Shown here piece by piece: positions 1 through 9,936 of a stretch of 64,000 bases of DNA. How positions within the stretch are numbered: the first letter of the stretch is position 1; each line of letters starts with the position of its first letter. Source of the stretch: a virus. Taxonomy: Duplodnaviria; Caudoviricetes. The notes beneath the pieces were generated by a model. It saw nothing but the letters and a program-made list of their open reading frames with translations. It searched no databases and had not been told where the DNA came from. The stretch lies in the IMG/VR virus record IMGVR_UViG_2643221936_000002, positions 1,699-65,698 of that record; one strand, given 5' to 3'. The translations under genes were made by a program, and so were the position numbers.

Positions 1-298
1 TCCCGTCGAGGATCCAGTGCAGTTGCTCGGTCGTCAGGGTAACCACCGCCACCTCTCGGCGCGGCCATCGGAACTTGTCTTCGGTCAACCGCTTCAGGAT
101 CAGCACAAAGCCCGAGCGATCAAAGAACAGCAGCTTCACCCGGTCACGCCGGCGATTGCAGAAGGCAAACACCGCAGGGGCAAACGGGTCCAGCGCCATC
201 GTCTCCTGGACCAGGACTGCAAGGCTATTGATGCCGGCCCGGAAGTCGATCGGTTCACGATGCAGGTAGACCTTGAGATCAGCGCCAAGTCTGAACAT
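1..298 (-). CDS. tnpB: IS66 accessory protein TnpB (3' end outside window)
   Basis: Manual translation from ATG 298: MFRLGADLKVYLHREPIDFRAGINSLAVLVQ...AVFAFCNRRRDRVKLLFFDRSGFVLILKRLTEDKFRWP. Confidence 0.9.
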   Translation of the reverse strand, partial: MFRLGADLKVYLHREPIDFRAGINSLAVLVQETMALDPFAPAVFAFCNRRRDRVKLLFFDRSGFVLILKRLTEDKFRWPRREVAVVTLTTEQLHWILDG

Positions 299-698
299 GC
301 CCCAACGCTCCTATGATTGTGGCCAGCCCATTCTCATCGTCATACTCAACGGTCAGGCTGATCCCGTTCGGCAGGAGCGCACTCACCTTGGACGTCTGAC
401 ACGACTTGCCCAACGTCACGCTCTTCGTCAGTAAATCGCCGCTAGAAGTCGGTGGCATATCTGGAGCAATCTGAACCGGAACGAATGCCGAGACCGAAGG
501 CAGAGGACGCTCCTCCATGGCCTTCTTTATCCACTTGCGAACGAGATTGGCATTCACACCGTGTTCCCGCGCGAGTCGAGAGACCGAAACGCCAGCCTCT
601 AAACACGCTGCGACGAGCTGATCACGCGAAGCAGGGTCATATCGACGGCGGCCGTCGCGACCAACAAGCCGCACTTGCAGTTTAAGAGCATCGTCCAT
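279..698 (-). CDS. tnpA: IS66 TnpA (HTH_Tnp_1)
   Basis: GRRRYD...ACLEAGVSVSRLAREHGVNANLVRKW HTH and SAFVPV motif; overlaps the tnpB start. Confidence 0.9.
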   Translation of the reverse strand: MDDALKLQVRLVGRDGRRRYDPASRDQLVAACLEAGVSVSRLAREHGVNANLVRKWIKKAMEERPLPSVSAFVPVQIAPDMPPTSSGDLLTKSVTLGKSCQTSKVSALLPNGISLTVEYDDENGLATIIGALGHVQTWR

Positions 699-984
699 GA
701 TTTGGTGTCCACCTATTTTTGGTGGACACTTCATGCATCAGAGCACTGCGCTTCAGAAGGCGCATAGAAATTCGCGCTTACCCTCAATCAGTGCAAGACT
801 GGCAGGTCTTCCGAAGTCGGTCTGCGCGATTGCGTGGAAAGGACAAGTAAGACTGTGCACCCGGTACCGAAGACTGATAAGAGTTTAAGAGCATCGTCCA
901 TGATTTGGTGTCCACCTATTTTTGGTGGACACTTCATGCATCAGAGCACTGCGCTTCAGAAGGCGCATAGAAATTCGCGCTTAC
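679..984. repeat. Exact 103-bp direct repeat of the IS66 left end (679-781 and 882-984), 100-bp spacer
   Basis: AGTTTAAGAGCATCG...TTCGCGCTTAC occurs twice, base for base. Confidence 0.95.
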
Positions 985-2751
985 AGGGCTTCCTTAATGA
1001 CCGCTGACTACACTTCGGCCAAAATCCGACTTGTAAATTGCCTCCATTGGTTCTTGCCCATGAATTCTGTTCTGGATCATCGCAGTCTCTACAACGAGAT
1101 CGCTCTTCGGATCGACGAATATCTTAAGGATATCATGCCGATTGATCCTGATCGGCTTCTGGCTCGCCAAAGATTTGATGAATGGAAGGATATGTCCCTG
1201 GAAGCGTTGTGCCAGGACGGTTCCTGGAACGATTACTTCTTTGACCCTGACCTCCAGAGGAAGGTCGCGCTATTCCAGCAGCAAAACGTCGAGGCGGACA
1301 AATACGTCCGAAGAGGTGAAGCAGTTCTAGCTTATGAGCGTGGACGGGCCGACATGAAAAACGCTTTTGCGTTTGGCGCAGTTTCCATCGAGAGCACACC
1401 GCTAATTCCCGAATTGACCGACGCTCCCATCTTGGCGCTTGAAAAAAGACGCCTTGCGTCCCGGCTTGACGATAGTTTCACCACGATGGAACGTGCGGTT
1501 CCACCTCACGAAAAGCCAAAGGTTGCCGAACATCTTCGAACCTCGGATGCCCTGAAGCTCTACATAGTCGACAGTCGGGTCGCCAAGAAAAGCGAAGATG
1601 GCTTATCGACCGTGGCGCTGATCATTCAATTCCTTATTGACGAATTTAACGACCCCTATCTCGCCGATCTCGATGCCGACGATTTCGACCGGCTGAATAA
1701 AATGATGCCGGACATTCCAAACCGAAACAATATTCCCCGCGAGGCGGCAAAGTCACTTTCGCTGAGATATCGCCACGCACAGGAACACGGCTGGGATGGC
1801 CTCGTACGCCTTACCGGAGAAACGCTCCAAAAAGGATATCACAGCGCTCTCTCAAAGTTCTTCCGCTGGGCAATCGAGAAGGGAGTGTTCAGCGGAGAAA
1901 AACCGGTCTTTAACTATGTGAGTGGAGAAAACCTCGTCTCTCTTCCCAGGGATTCCTTTCGCAGAGACGAGGTTATCGAAATTATCTCGATGCCGCTCTT
2001 CACCGGTTGCAATGGCCCCATACGCATATGGAAGCCAGGAAACTCCTTCCTCCAAAACCACTTGTATTGGGCGTATATCATTCTGCTCCTGACAGGCTTG
2101 CGTACCGGAGAACTCGGCCAACTTCGCATTGCCGATTTTGTCGAACGGGACGACATCTGGTATTTGGATTTGCGTGGTTTCGACCCAACGAAAGGCCGCG
2201 TCCCAATCAAAGACGTAGTCAATTTCAAGACGGAAGGATCGGCGCGGATCATGCCTTTACATCCGTTGATTTTGGATTTGGGTTTCCTTGATCGGCTAGC
2301 CGCACTGGAGGCCATCGGTTGCGACGTCGCCTTTCCTGAATGGGAACCCTATTTTAAGCCAGGCGGCGCAGTTCGTTGGGGGCAGCCCATGACGAAGAGC
2401 TGGGCCTACATGAAGGGTAAGACGTCTATTGTTCGAAAAGACGTCACGCTCTATTCGACTCGCCATTTCTTCGCCGACCTTGTCGACAATACCGATCTAA
2501 CTCACAGAGCACGGAAGCGGCTGATGGGCCATTCCAACAAGAGCGACATGCCTACGCGGTATGGTTCTAAGACGCGCCTGACGACCCGCGATCTCAAGGA
2601 ACTGGTAAGCGTTCAAAATCCCACAATAGATCAGATGTCTGAGATTTTGATGGACGCGAAGGAACGGGCCGACCGGGGCGAGTTGGAGACTCTGCGGCCT
2701 TGGTTAAGCCGAGCTTCTTGGTCGGATTATTATCGGAAGAAGATGGGTTGA
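985..2751 (+). pseudogene. Tyrosine recombinase/integrase, 5' end cut by IS66
   Basis: LLLTGLRTGE (R), NFKT (K), YSTRH (YxxR variant of HxxR), LMGH, TRYG (Y). The frame after the IS end starts RASLMTADYTSAKIRL, like the end of a DUF6538-type N-terminal domain. Confidence 0.8.
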
Positions 2752-2759
2752 ATTTCACT

Positions 2760-2790
2760 CGGTGGCAGAGAGATTTGAAGCTCCTACACA
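2760..2790 (-). other. Possible degenerate tRNA-3'-like att remnant downstream of the integrase
   Basis: Minus strand reads GTAGGAGCTTCAAATCTCTCTGCCACC; GTGTACCA/GTGGACCG repeats nearby. Confidence 0.25.
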
Positions 2791-3136
2791 GCAACCCAGA
2801 AAGCCCTGGAAATAAGGCTTTTAGCACCCGCCCGTTCGGTGTCGGGTGTACCAATGTTGTGGACCGTTTTTAAACGATGGCTGCGCACGGTTGTCAACAG
2901 TCTAGCGAACCATTGTTGACGCTTCGAGGCCGTGTGGAGCGTTGCATTCGAGCCTTGCCCCTTCGACCCTCCAAGCACCTCAGCCCGTTTCTTCCAGAAG
3001 TCCTCTACATCGGTCGGATTTGCCGCTGATGGACAAGCGCGAGCGTGCATATTGCATCCGGCTAGCCTCTCCTGAATCCGATGTTCCTGACCTTCAGAAC
3101 GGTCGCGAGGTGCGACTGAGAACAGAGGCCAAGGAA

Positions 3137-3472
3137 ATGCTGCTGACTCGCGAACTCAAGAACCATCTTTGTCACAACGCCGAGCTTTCGGAAATCGCCG
3201 AACGCGACCACAAGCCCGTCGTCAAGCTCTTCACGCCCGATGCGAATGCAACATGGCTCTTCTCCGAGCTTGCGGCAGACGGTGATACCTTGTTTGGGCT
3301 TTGTGACCTTGGTCATGGTTGCCCCGAACTTGGCTATGCAAGCCTCTCTGAAATCTCGGCCTTACGCGGACGCTTTGGCCTTCTGGTCGAGCGCGACCAC
3401 CATTTTAGAGCCGACAAGCCATTGTCGGGGTATGCGGATGCCGCTCGCATCCATGGCAGGATCGTCGCTTAG
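3137..3472 (+). CDS. DUF2958-family protein
   Basis: DHKPVVKLFTPDANATWLFSEL..DGDTLFGLCDLGHGCPELGYASLSEI...VERDHHF; AAGGA before ATG 3137. Confidence 0.85.
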   Translation: MLLTRELKNHLCHNAELSEIAERDHKPVVKLFTPDANATWLFSELAADGDTLFGLCDLGHGCPELGYASLSEISALRGRFGLLVERDHHFRADKPLSGYADAARIHGRIVA

Positions 3473-3802
3473 TCGGCGATCCACCTCACAGTTCCCCTGC
3501 TGTCACCGACCGCACTCCAACTATTGGCGAACTCCCCTCCTGGCAAAACCCCTTGTGGTAAGGAATGCAAAATCGGCGGCATATAAGCACCTCCTGCGGC
3601 TCCCTTGTTTCCGATTTTTTGCATACGCGAATTCCCGCACTGCGGCTATTGCCACCGCTATGCTCAGCGCTCCGATATGCTCATTTGATAGGCTCCTGCT
3701 AAGCGTGCACGTCAGCAAGCTGTGCCCCCTACTCATTGGGTTGCGTTACCGCTGCAATCTTTGATCTAAGGGAAACAATTGGCGTAATTTGGGGGTGATT
3801 CT

Positions 3803-5917
3803 GTGGCGCGACTGACGGAACAAGAACAACAGGAAATCATTCGCTTCATCGAAGCTGATAAGCCCTTGCCGGAAAAATACCGCTTCCTGCTTTTCGACGA
3901 CAAGCGCGAAGTGGAGCTTGTGTGGAATGGCAAGACCAATGAGGTCTGCAACGTCGTTCTCCCCTTCCAGACAATTGAACAGGTGGACGAGCCGCGCGCA
4001 GAAAAGCCGGAAGACACGGCAGTACAACAGGATTTGTTTTCGACCGACAGCCGAGGGCGGCAGCTTAAAGGCTGGACCAACAAACTTATCTGGGGCGACA
4101 ACAAACTCATTCTGTCATCGCTGAAAGACGGGCCGCTGCGGGAGGAAATCGAGCGCCAGGGTGGCTTGAAGCTGATCTATATCGACCCGCCGTTTGATGT
4201 CGGGGCCGATTTTTCGATGGATATTGAGATCGGCGGCGACACATTCACCAAGAAGCCGAACATTCTCGAAGAAATTGCCTACCGGGACACCTGGGGCAAA
4301 GGCACAGATTCGTTCATATCAATGATTTATGAGCGACTTGTCCTTATGCGCGATTTGTTGGCTGAGGATGGTAGCATTTACGTTCATTGTGATTGGAGAG
4401 TCACCGCGTTGATACGACTAGCGCTAGATGAAATATTTGGGGGAGGTCACATCCGGAATGAGATAATATGGACTTTCACTGGGCCAGGCTCTCCTGGAAT
4501 GAGTCAGTTTAATAGAAAACATAATACGATTTACTGGTATTCTAAGGCCAAGGAACAATGGATTTTCGAGGATCACAGAATCCGCATTGCGCATGACGAG
4601 AAAACGTCGGGCAATTTCAAGTCTGGATTGGAAGGTTCTGGTTTTCGAGCTGATACTTATAAGCTTCCTGAGGGAAAAATTCCGGAGTCGTGGTGGGAAA
4701 TGGCCATAGCTCAGCGGTTTCCCGTTGATGGCATTAAGCGCGTCGGCTACCCAACCGAGAAGCCGTGGGCGCTGATCGAGCGGATAATAGAAGCCAGCAG
4801 CCGCCCGGGCGATCTCGTTGCCGACTTCTTCTGCGGCGGCGGGATCGTTCCGGCTGTAGCTGAAAAGCTCGGACGAAAGTGGATTGGCGCTGATCTCGGA
4901 AAGTTTTCCATTCACACGACTCGCAAACGTATGATTGGTGTGCAGCGCGGGTTGAAGGCGGAAGGCAAGGACTACCGCGCGTTTGAAATCCTCAACCTCG
5001 GTAAATACGAGCGTCAGCACTATGTCGGAGTGAATGCCAGTCTCCGCGAGGAACAGCGCCAAAAGCAGCTTGCGAAAAAAGAAGCGGCGTTTTTGGACCT
5101 CATTCTCCGGGCGTATCGCGCCGAGCGGACGGACGGCTTCGCCAGCTTCCACGGCAAAAGGGCCGGGCGGCTTGTAGCCGTCGGGCCGGTCAACATGCCG
5201 GTGTCGCGGCTATTCGTTGAGGAAATCATACTCGAATGTCGCAAGAAGCATATCACCAAGGTCGATATTCTCGGCTTCGAGTTTGAAATGGGCCTGTTCC
5301 CGAACGTGCTGGACGAGGCGCGCGGCAAGGGCATCGACATCGCCCCGAAATACATTCCGGCCGACGTTTTCGACAAACGGGCCGTCGAGAAAAATCAGGT
5401 TGTCTTCCATGACGTGTCCTTCATCGAGGTGAAGCCGCACGTCAAAGGCGGCAGCGTAGCGGTCGAACTGACCGATTTTTCCGTGTTCTATTCGCAGGAT
5501 TCCATCGCCAACGCCGAAGCCACCCTCAAGGACAAGGGCAGCAAAATCGTCGTCGAGAAGGGCCAGATCGTCAAAGTCAGCAAGGACAAGGACGGTATCG
5601 TCAGCCGCGAAATTCTGACCCAGAACTGGACCGACTGGATTGATTACTGGTCCGTTGACTTCGATTTTGAAAACAAGCGGGAGATCATCCGCACCCAGAA
5701 TCCCGATACCGGGGAATGGGAGGAGTCGTGGACCGGCGACTATATTTTCGAGAACGAATGGCAGTCCTTCCGCACCAAGAAGGACCGCAAGCTTGAACTG
5801 ACGAGTGTCTTCCACGAGTGTCCGGCGGGGCGGCGCAAGATCGCCGTCAAGGTCGTGGACATCTTCGGCAACGACACCATGACGATTGCCGAAGTGACCG
5901 TGGGAGCGAAGAAATAA
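3803..5917 (+). CDS. mod: Type III R-M DNA methyltransferase (Mod, beta class)
   Basis: IYIDPPF (motif IV) precedes YPTEKP and DFFCGGG (motif I); TAATG overlap with res. Confidence 0.9.
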   Translation: MARLTEQEQQEIIRFIEADKPLPEKYRFLLFDDKREVELVWNGKTNEVCNVVLPFQTIEQVDEPRAEKPEDTAVQQDLFSTDSRGRQLKGWTNKLIWGDNKLILSSLKDGPLREEIERQGGLKLIYIDPPFDVGADFSMDIEIGGDTFTKKPNILEEIAYRDTWGKGTDSFISMIYERLVLMRDLLAEDGSIYVHCDWRVTALIRLALDEIFGGGHIRNEIIWTFTGPGSPGMSQFNRKHNTIYWYSKAKEQWIFEDHRIRIAHDEKTSGNFKSGLEGSGFRADTYKLPEGKIPESWWEMAIAQRFPVDGIKRVGYPTEKPWALIERIIEASSRPGDLVADFFCGGGIVPAVAEKLGRKWIGADLGKFSIHTTRKRMIGVQRGLKAEGKDYRAFEILNLGKYERQHYVGVNASLREEQRQKQLAKKEAAFLDLILRAYRAERTDGFASFHGKRAGRLVAVGPVNMPVSRLFVEEIILECRKKHITKVDILGFEFEMGLFPNVLDEARGKGIDIAPKYIPADVFDKRAVEKNQVVFHDVSFIEVKPHVKGGSVAVELTDFSVFYSQDSIANAEATLKDKGSKIVVEKGQIVKVSKDKDGIVSREILTQNWTDWIDYWSVDFDFENKREIIRTQNPDTGEWEESWTGDYIFENEWQSFRTKKDRKLELTSVFHECPAGRRKIAVKVVDIFGNDTMTIAEVTVGAKK

Positions 5918-8598
5918 TGGCGCTGCATCCCGATTTTCCGAACGATCCTCACGCTATTCTCGACCCCTCAATCCGGTGGTTTCCCGCCGACGAGGCTTTG
6001 CGCGAAACCAGCATGGACAAACTCATGCCGCCGCTTGTGGCGGCATTGCGGCAGAAGGTGAAGGACTTTCGCAACGGCGGCTATGTCGGGGCGTCTGACA
6101 CCAGCCGGAGCCTGCTTAACTGGTGGTTCAAGACGCCCCACCTGATACCGCAGGCCGACGGCGCTATGGCCGAGTTTCAGTATTTCTTCGCCCAGAGGGA
6201 ATCCCTCGAAACAATTGTCTATCTCTACGACGTTGTGGGGGTGAACGATAAATTCGACCTGATGCGCTTCGACAGCAGCGGAGCCGTTTCGGCCAGCCTG
6301 TTCGACGAGACATGGCGGCGTTTCGTCGTCAAAATGGCGACCGGCGCGGGCAAGACCAAGGTTTTGAGCCTTGCCCTCGCATGGAGCTTTTATCACAAGC
6401 TCTATGAGCCGGAATCAAAGCTGGCCCGTAACTTCCTGGTGATTGCGCCCAACATCATCGTGCTGGACCGCATCTACAAGGATTTTCAGGGGTTGCGGCT
6501 GTTTTTCGACGACCCTGTTATCCCCGATAATGGCTTTGATGGCCGCAACTGGCGTGACGATTTCCAGTTGACTCTGCATGTGCAGGACGAGGTGCGGATC
6601 ACCCACCCGACCGGCAACATCTTCCTCACCAACATTCACCGAGTTTACGCGGGCGAGGACATTCCGTCGTCACCCGACGACGACAACACAATGGATTATT
6701 TCCTCGGCACCAGGCCGACCGGCGCGACCACCGATTCCAAGGTGGACCTTGGCATGATCGTCCGCGATATCGACGAACTGATGGTGCTGAACGACGAGGC
6801 CCATCATATCCATGACTCGCGCCTCGCCTGGTTCAAGTCGATTGAGGACATTCACAACCGGCTCTTGCAGAAGGGGGCCGCACTGTCGCTGCAAGTCGAT
6901 GTGACGGCGACGCCGAAGCACAATAACGGCGCGATTTTCGTGCAGACCGTGGCCGACTATCCGCTAGTCGAGGCCATTTCGCAGAACGTCGTCAAGCATC
7001 CCGTGCTGCCGGATGCCGCCAGCCGGGCAAAGCTGCACGAGCGCCAGAGCGCCAAATACACCGAAAAATACGCCGATTATATCGACTTGGGTGTGATCGA
7101 GTGGCGCAAGGCCCACGCCGAGCACGAGAAGGTGGGCAAGAAAGCCATCCTGTTCATCATGACGGATGACACCCGCAACTGCGACGACGTGGCGGACTAC
7201 CTTGAGGGTCACTACCCCGACCTCAAGGGCGCGGTGCTGGTCATTCACACCAAGGCCAACGGCGAAATCTCCGAATCCACGTCCGGCAAGGCGAAGGAAG
7301 AACTGGAAAAACTCCGCAAGCAGGCGAACGAGATCGACGACCCCGCCAGCCCCTACAAGGCCATCGTGTCTGTCCTGATGCTGAAAGAGGGCTGGGACGT
7401 GCGGAACGTCACCACCATTGTCGGACTGCGGGCCTATGCCGCCAAGAGCAACATTCTCCCAGAACAAACCCTCGGGCGCGGCTTGCGAAAAATGTATCCG
7501 GGCGGCATCGAGGAATATGTCAGCGTCGTCGGCACAGACGCCTTCATGGAATTTGTCGAGTCCATCCAGGCCGAGGGCGTCGAACTTGAGCGCAAGGCGA
7601 TGGGGGAGGGGACGAAGCCCAAGACCCCTCTGGTGATCGAAGTCGAGAAGGACAACGACAAGAAGGATATCGACGCCCTCGACATCGAGATTCCGGTGAT
7701 GACCCCGCGCATTTACCGCGAGTACAAGTCACTGGGCGACCTGGATATAACCGCCTTCGGCCATCAGCGCGTCCCTTACCGCACGTTCAGCGAGGAAGAA
7801 CAGCGCGAGATCGTGTTCAAGGACATCACGACCGGGGCGGTGACGCACACCACCGTCCTCGATACGACCGGGGTTGCTGACTACCGCAGCGTTCTGGGGT
7901 ATTTCACCAAGACCGTGATGAAGGACTTGCGGCTGATTAGCGGCTACGACGTGCTTTACGGGAAAATCAAAGCCTTCGTGCAGTCGGAATTGTTCGACAG
8001 TGAAGTTGACCTCGACAGCCCGAACACTTTGCGAAATCTCTCCGAACTCGCCGCGACCAAAACACTGATCGAGAATTTCAAGAAGGCCATCAACGCGCTG
8101 ACCGTGAAGGACAAGGGCGATGCGGAAATCCGTGACTCCATCAAGCTGCGGCAGACCCGCCCTTTTGTGACCAAGGAGCAAGGTTATCTTGTGCCGAAGA
8201 AGAGCGTCTTTAACCGTATCATCGGCGACAGCCATCTAGAATTGGTTTTTGCCAGCTTTCTTGAGTCCTGCACCGATGTCGTATCCTACGCAAAGAACTA
8301 CTTCGCCGTGAATTTCAAACTGGATTACGTCAACGCCGACGGCAACATTTCCAATTACTATCCCGACTTCCTGGTGAAGCTGGCCGACAAGCGCGTCGTG
8401 ATAGTCGAAACCAAAGGTCTTGAGGACTTGGACGTGCCGTTGAAAATGGAGCGATTGCGGCAATGGTGCGAGGACATCAACCGGGTACAGTCCGAGGTGG
8501 CTTATGATTTTGTTTTCGTGGACCAGGAGAGCTTCGAAAAATATGGCCCGAAATCTCTCTCGGAACTTATTGGGAACTTCACGCAATATAAGACGTGA
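5917..8598 (+). CDS. res: Type III restriction endonuclease/helicase (Res)
   Basis: MATGAGKT, NDEAHH, TATP, MLKEGWD, QTLGRGLR and C-terminal YPDF...VETKG nuclease motif. Confidence 0.9.
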   Translation: MALHPDFPNDPHAILDPSIRWFPADEALRETSMDKLMPPLVAALRQKVKDFRNGGYVGASDTSRSLLNWWFKTPHLIPQADGAMAEFQYFFAQRESLETIVYLYDVVGVNDKFDLMRFDSSGAVSASLFDETWRRFVVKMATGAGKTKVLSLALAWSFYHKLYEPESKLARNFLVIAPNIIVLDRIYKDFQGLRLFFDDPVIPDNGFDGRNWRDDFQLTLHVQDEVRITHPTGNIFLTNIHRVYAGEDIPSSPDDDNTMDYFLGTRPTGATTDSKVDLGMIVRDIDELMVLNDEAHHIHDSRLAWFKSIEDIHNRLLQKGAALSLQVDVTATPKHNNGAIFVQTVADYPLVEAISQNVVKHPVLPDAASRAKLHERQSAKYTEKYADYIDLGVIEWRKAHAEHEKVGKKAILFIMTDDTRNCDDVADYLEGHYPDLKGAVLVIHTKANGEISESTSGKAKEELEKLRKQANEIDDPASPYKAIVSVLMLKEGWDVRNVTTIVGLRAYAAKSNILPEQTLGRGLRKMYPGGIEEYVSVVGTDAFMEFVESIQAEGVELERKAMGEGTKPKTPLVIEVEKDNDKKDIDALDIEIPVMTPRIYREYKSLGDLDITAFGHQRVPYRTFSEEEQREIVFKDITTGAVTHTTVLDTTGVADYRSVLGYFTKTVMKDLRLISGYDVLYGKIKAFVQSELFDSEVDLDSPNTLRNLSELAATKTLIENFKKAINALTVKDKGDAEIRDSIKLRQTRPFVTKEQGYLVPKKSVFNRIIGDSHLELVFASFLESCTDVVSYAKNYFAVNFKLDYVNADGNISNYYPDFLVKLADKRVVIVETKGLEDLDVPLKMERLRQWCEDINRVQSEVAYDFVFVDQESFEKYGPKSLSELIGNFTQYKT

Positions 8599-8610
8599 TT
8601 ATCGCTGGCG

Positions 8611-8639
8611 CGAACCGCAATACAACTGCGGTTCGTTTT
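8611..8639 (+). terminator. Intrinsic terminator after res
   Basis: CGAACCGCA-N7-TGCGGTTCG followed by TTTT. Confidence 0.7.
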
Positions 8640-8689
8640 AAATTCACTTTAGCAGGAGGCAAAGAAGCCACGGGACACTGGATCGCTCT

Positions 8690-9232
8690 TTATTTGGTGG
8701 AGTGGTTTTTCTTTGCGCCAATCTCAAGTTTCTTCCTCTTGCGCTTCCGAGTGGGAACAGCTGTCGATGCGGAAACTCCTTGGAAGAGTTCGTTCAGTCT
8801 TTTTACAGCACCCGCCAATTGGTCATTCTGCAGATCGATACCGTGCGCGTACAGCAGGGCGGTGTTCAATTTAGTTTTTTCATACTCTGCTTTTTTCAGT
8901 GCGCTTCGCAGCATGACGATTTGCTGCTCCACTTGCTGCGCCGCCTTTGCTGTCTTGTCGATCAATAGTTTGGCGCGGGATCGAAGTCGCTTGACCTCAG
9001 ATTCTCGCTTTTCAATGCTGCGCTGCTCTTTGGTTTTGGTCTGAAATTCGATGACTTTCTTTTTTTTCGGCCGGATCGAACGAAAATCGCATATGCTTCC
9101 GGGCTTTGCCTCTCCTGGCTCATCCCCTCCCTCGATGGTCTTACGGCGACGACCAGGCCCGCCTTTATGGCTGAAGAAGCCGCTGCCTGCATGTACAACG
9201 GTGCCGCCCCCGTTATAACTGTTCTTTCCCAT
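8690..9232 (-). CDS. Hypothetical basic coiled-coil protein
   Basis: GAGGGG before ATG 9232; MGKNSYNGGGTVVHAG start and Lys/Arg-rich helical body. Confidence 0.55.
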   Translation of the reverse strand: MGKNSYNGGGTVVHAGSGFFSHKGGPGRRRKTIEGGDEPGEAKPGSICDFRSIRPKKKKVIEFQTKTKEQRSIEKRESEVKRLRSRAKLLIDKTAKAAQQVEQQIVMLRSALKKAEYEKTKLNTALLYAHGIDLQNDQLAGAVKRLNELFQGVSASTAVPTRKRKRKKLEIGAKKNHSTK

Positions 9233-9370
9233 TGCTTCCCCCTCCCCTCTCAAGGCTGGAACATACTCACACACCAGACGTCGCCTGTATTGCCGCGTTT
9301 CGGAATCGAGGGACGCGTTGGAGATATCGCGGTAACCGGCGTCCAAGTAGTTAGGACGCGCAGGAACCGC

Positions 9371-9931
9371 TTAGCCGTCCCCCGGATCGGTAATCGATGC
9401 GATCCGATAGACGGCGAGGGCTGCCGCCAGCATGAGAAGGAACGAATAGACCAGCAGAAGATAGCCTGTGAATGAACCAGTCAGCATGGCGACCCGAAAT
9501 ATTGTCATCGATCCACTATAATAACTGACCATAAAGCGGGCGGTATCGTAAAGAACGGTTCCGTCGAACAGGAACGCCCACATCAGACACAAGATTTGCA
9601 CGAAAATAAAATGGAAGAAGGTAGCGTTTATTTCCTCAAGGTAAGTTACGCCCTGGGAGTTTTTTACAGCTTTCAGCGCTCTTTTGAGTCGACCAGTCAT
9701 TAGGCTGAACAGTATCGCGTACGTGCCGAGGCTGAAGCCAAGAAGACTCGGGATCATGTCAAAAGACTTTGAGACCCATTTGGCCTCGATCCAATTGGAA
9801 TAGCTAACGCCGGTTACGGCCAAAGAGATTAGGAAAATCGGCGATCCAAACACCGCGCCCCATCCACCGTACCCTTTGAAGTACCGGCGAATGCGTCGAC
9901 CAAACGCGGCGAATTGGTTCAGGAAGGACAA
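9371..9931 (-). CDS. Four-TM membrane protein, partner of the DUF4747-like gene
   Basis: Hydrophobic segments, e.g. MIPSLLGFSLGTYAILF and INATFFHFIFVQILCL; starts 5 bp after the upstream stop. Confidence 0.75.
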   Translation of the reverse strand: MSFLNQFAAFGRRIRRYFKGYGGWGAVFGSPIFLISLAVTGVSYSNWIEAKWVSKSFDMIPSLLGFSLGTYAILFSLMTGRLKRALKAVKNSQGVTYLEEINATFFHFIFVQILCLMWAFLFDGTVLYDTARFMVSYYSGSMTIFRVAMLTGSFTGYLLLVYSFLLMLAAALAVYRIASITDPGDG

Positions 9932-9936
9932 TTCTT

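Larger units (their letters stand above)
1..781 (-). mobile_element. IS66-family insertion sequence, left part (runs off window start)
   Basis: Minus strand begins GTAAGCGC at 781 (IS66-type terminus). Hairpin GTGTCCACC-N7-GGTGGACAC lies just before tnpA, followed by tnpA and tnpB. Confidence 0.9.

Noticed and set aside
922-984. 609-aa integrase start at 922 in the ORF track
   Set aside because: The first 21 codons are the duplicated IS66 end read backwards, not integrase sequence.
5818-5916. N-terminal extension of Res
   Set aside because: It overlaps mod; the TAATG coupling at 5917 is the natural start.
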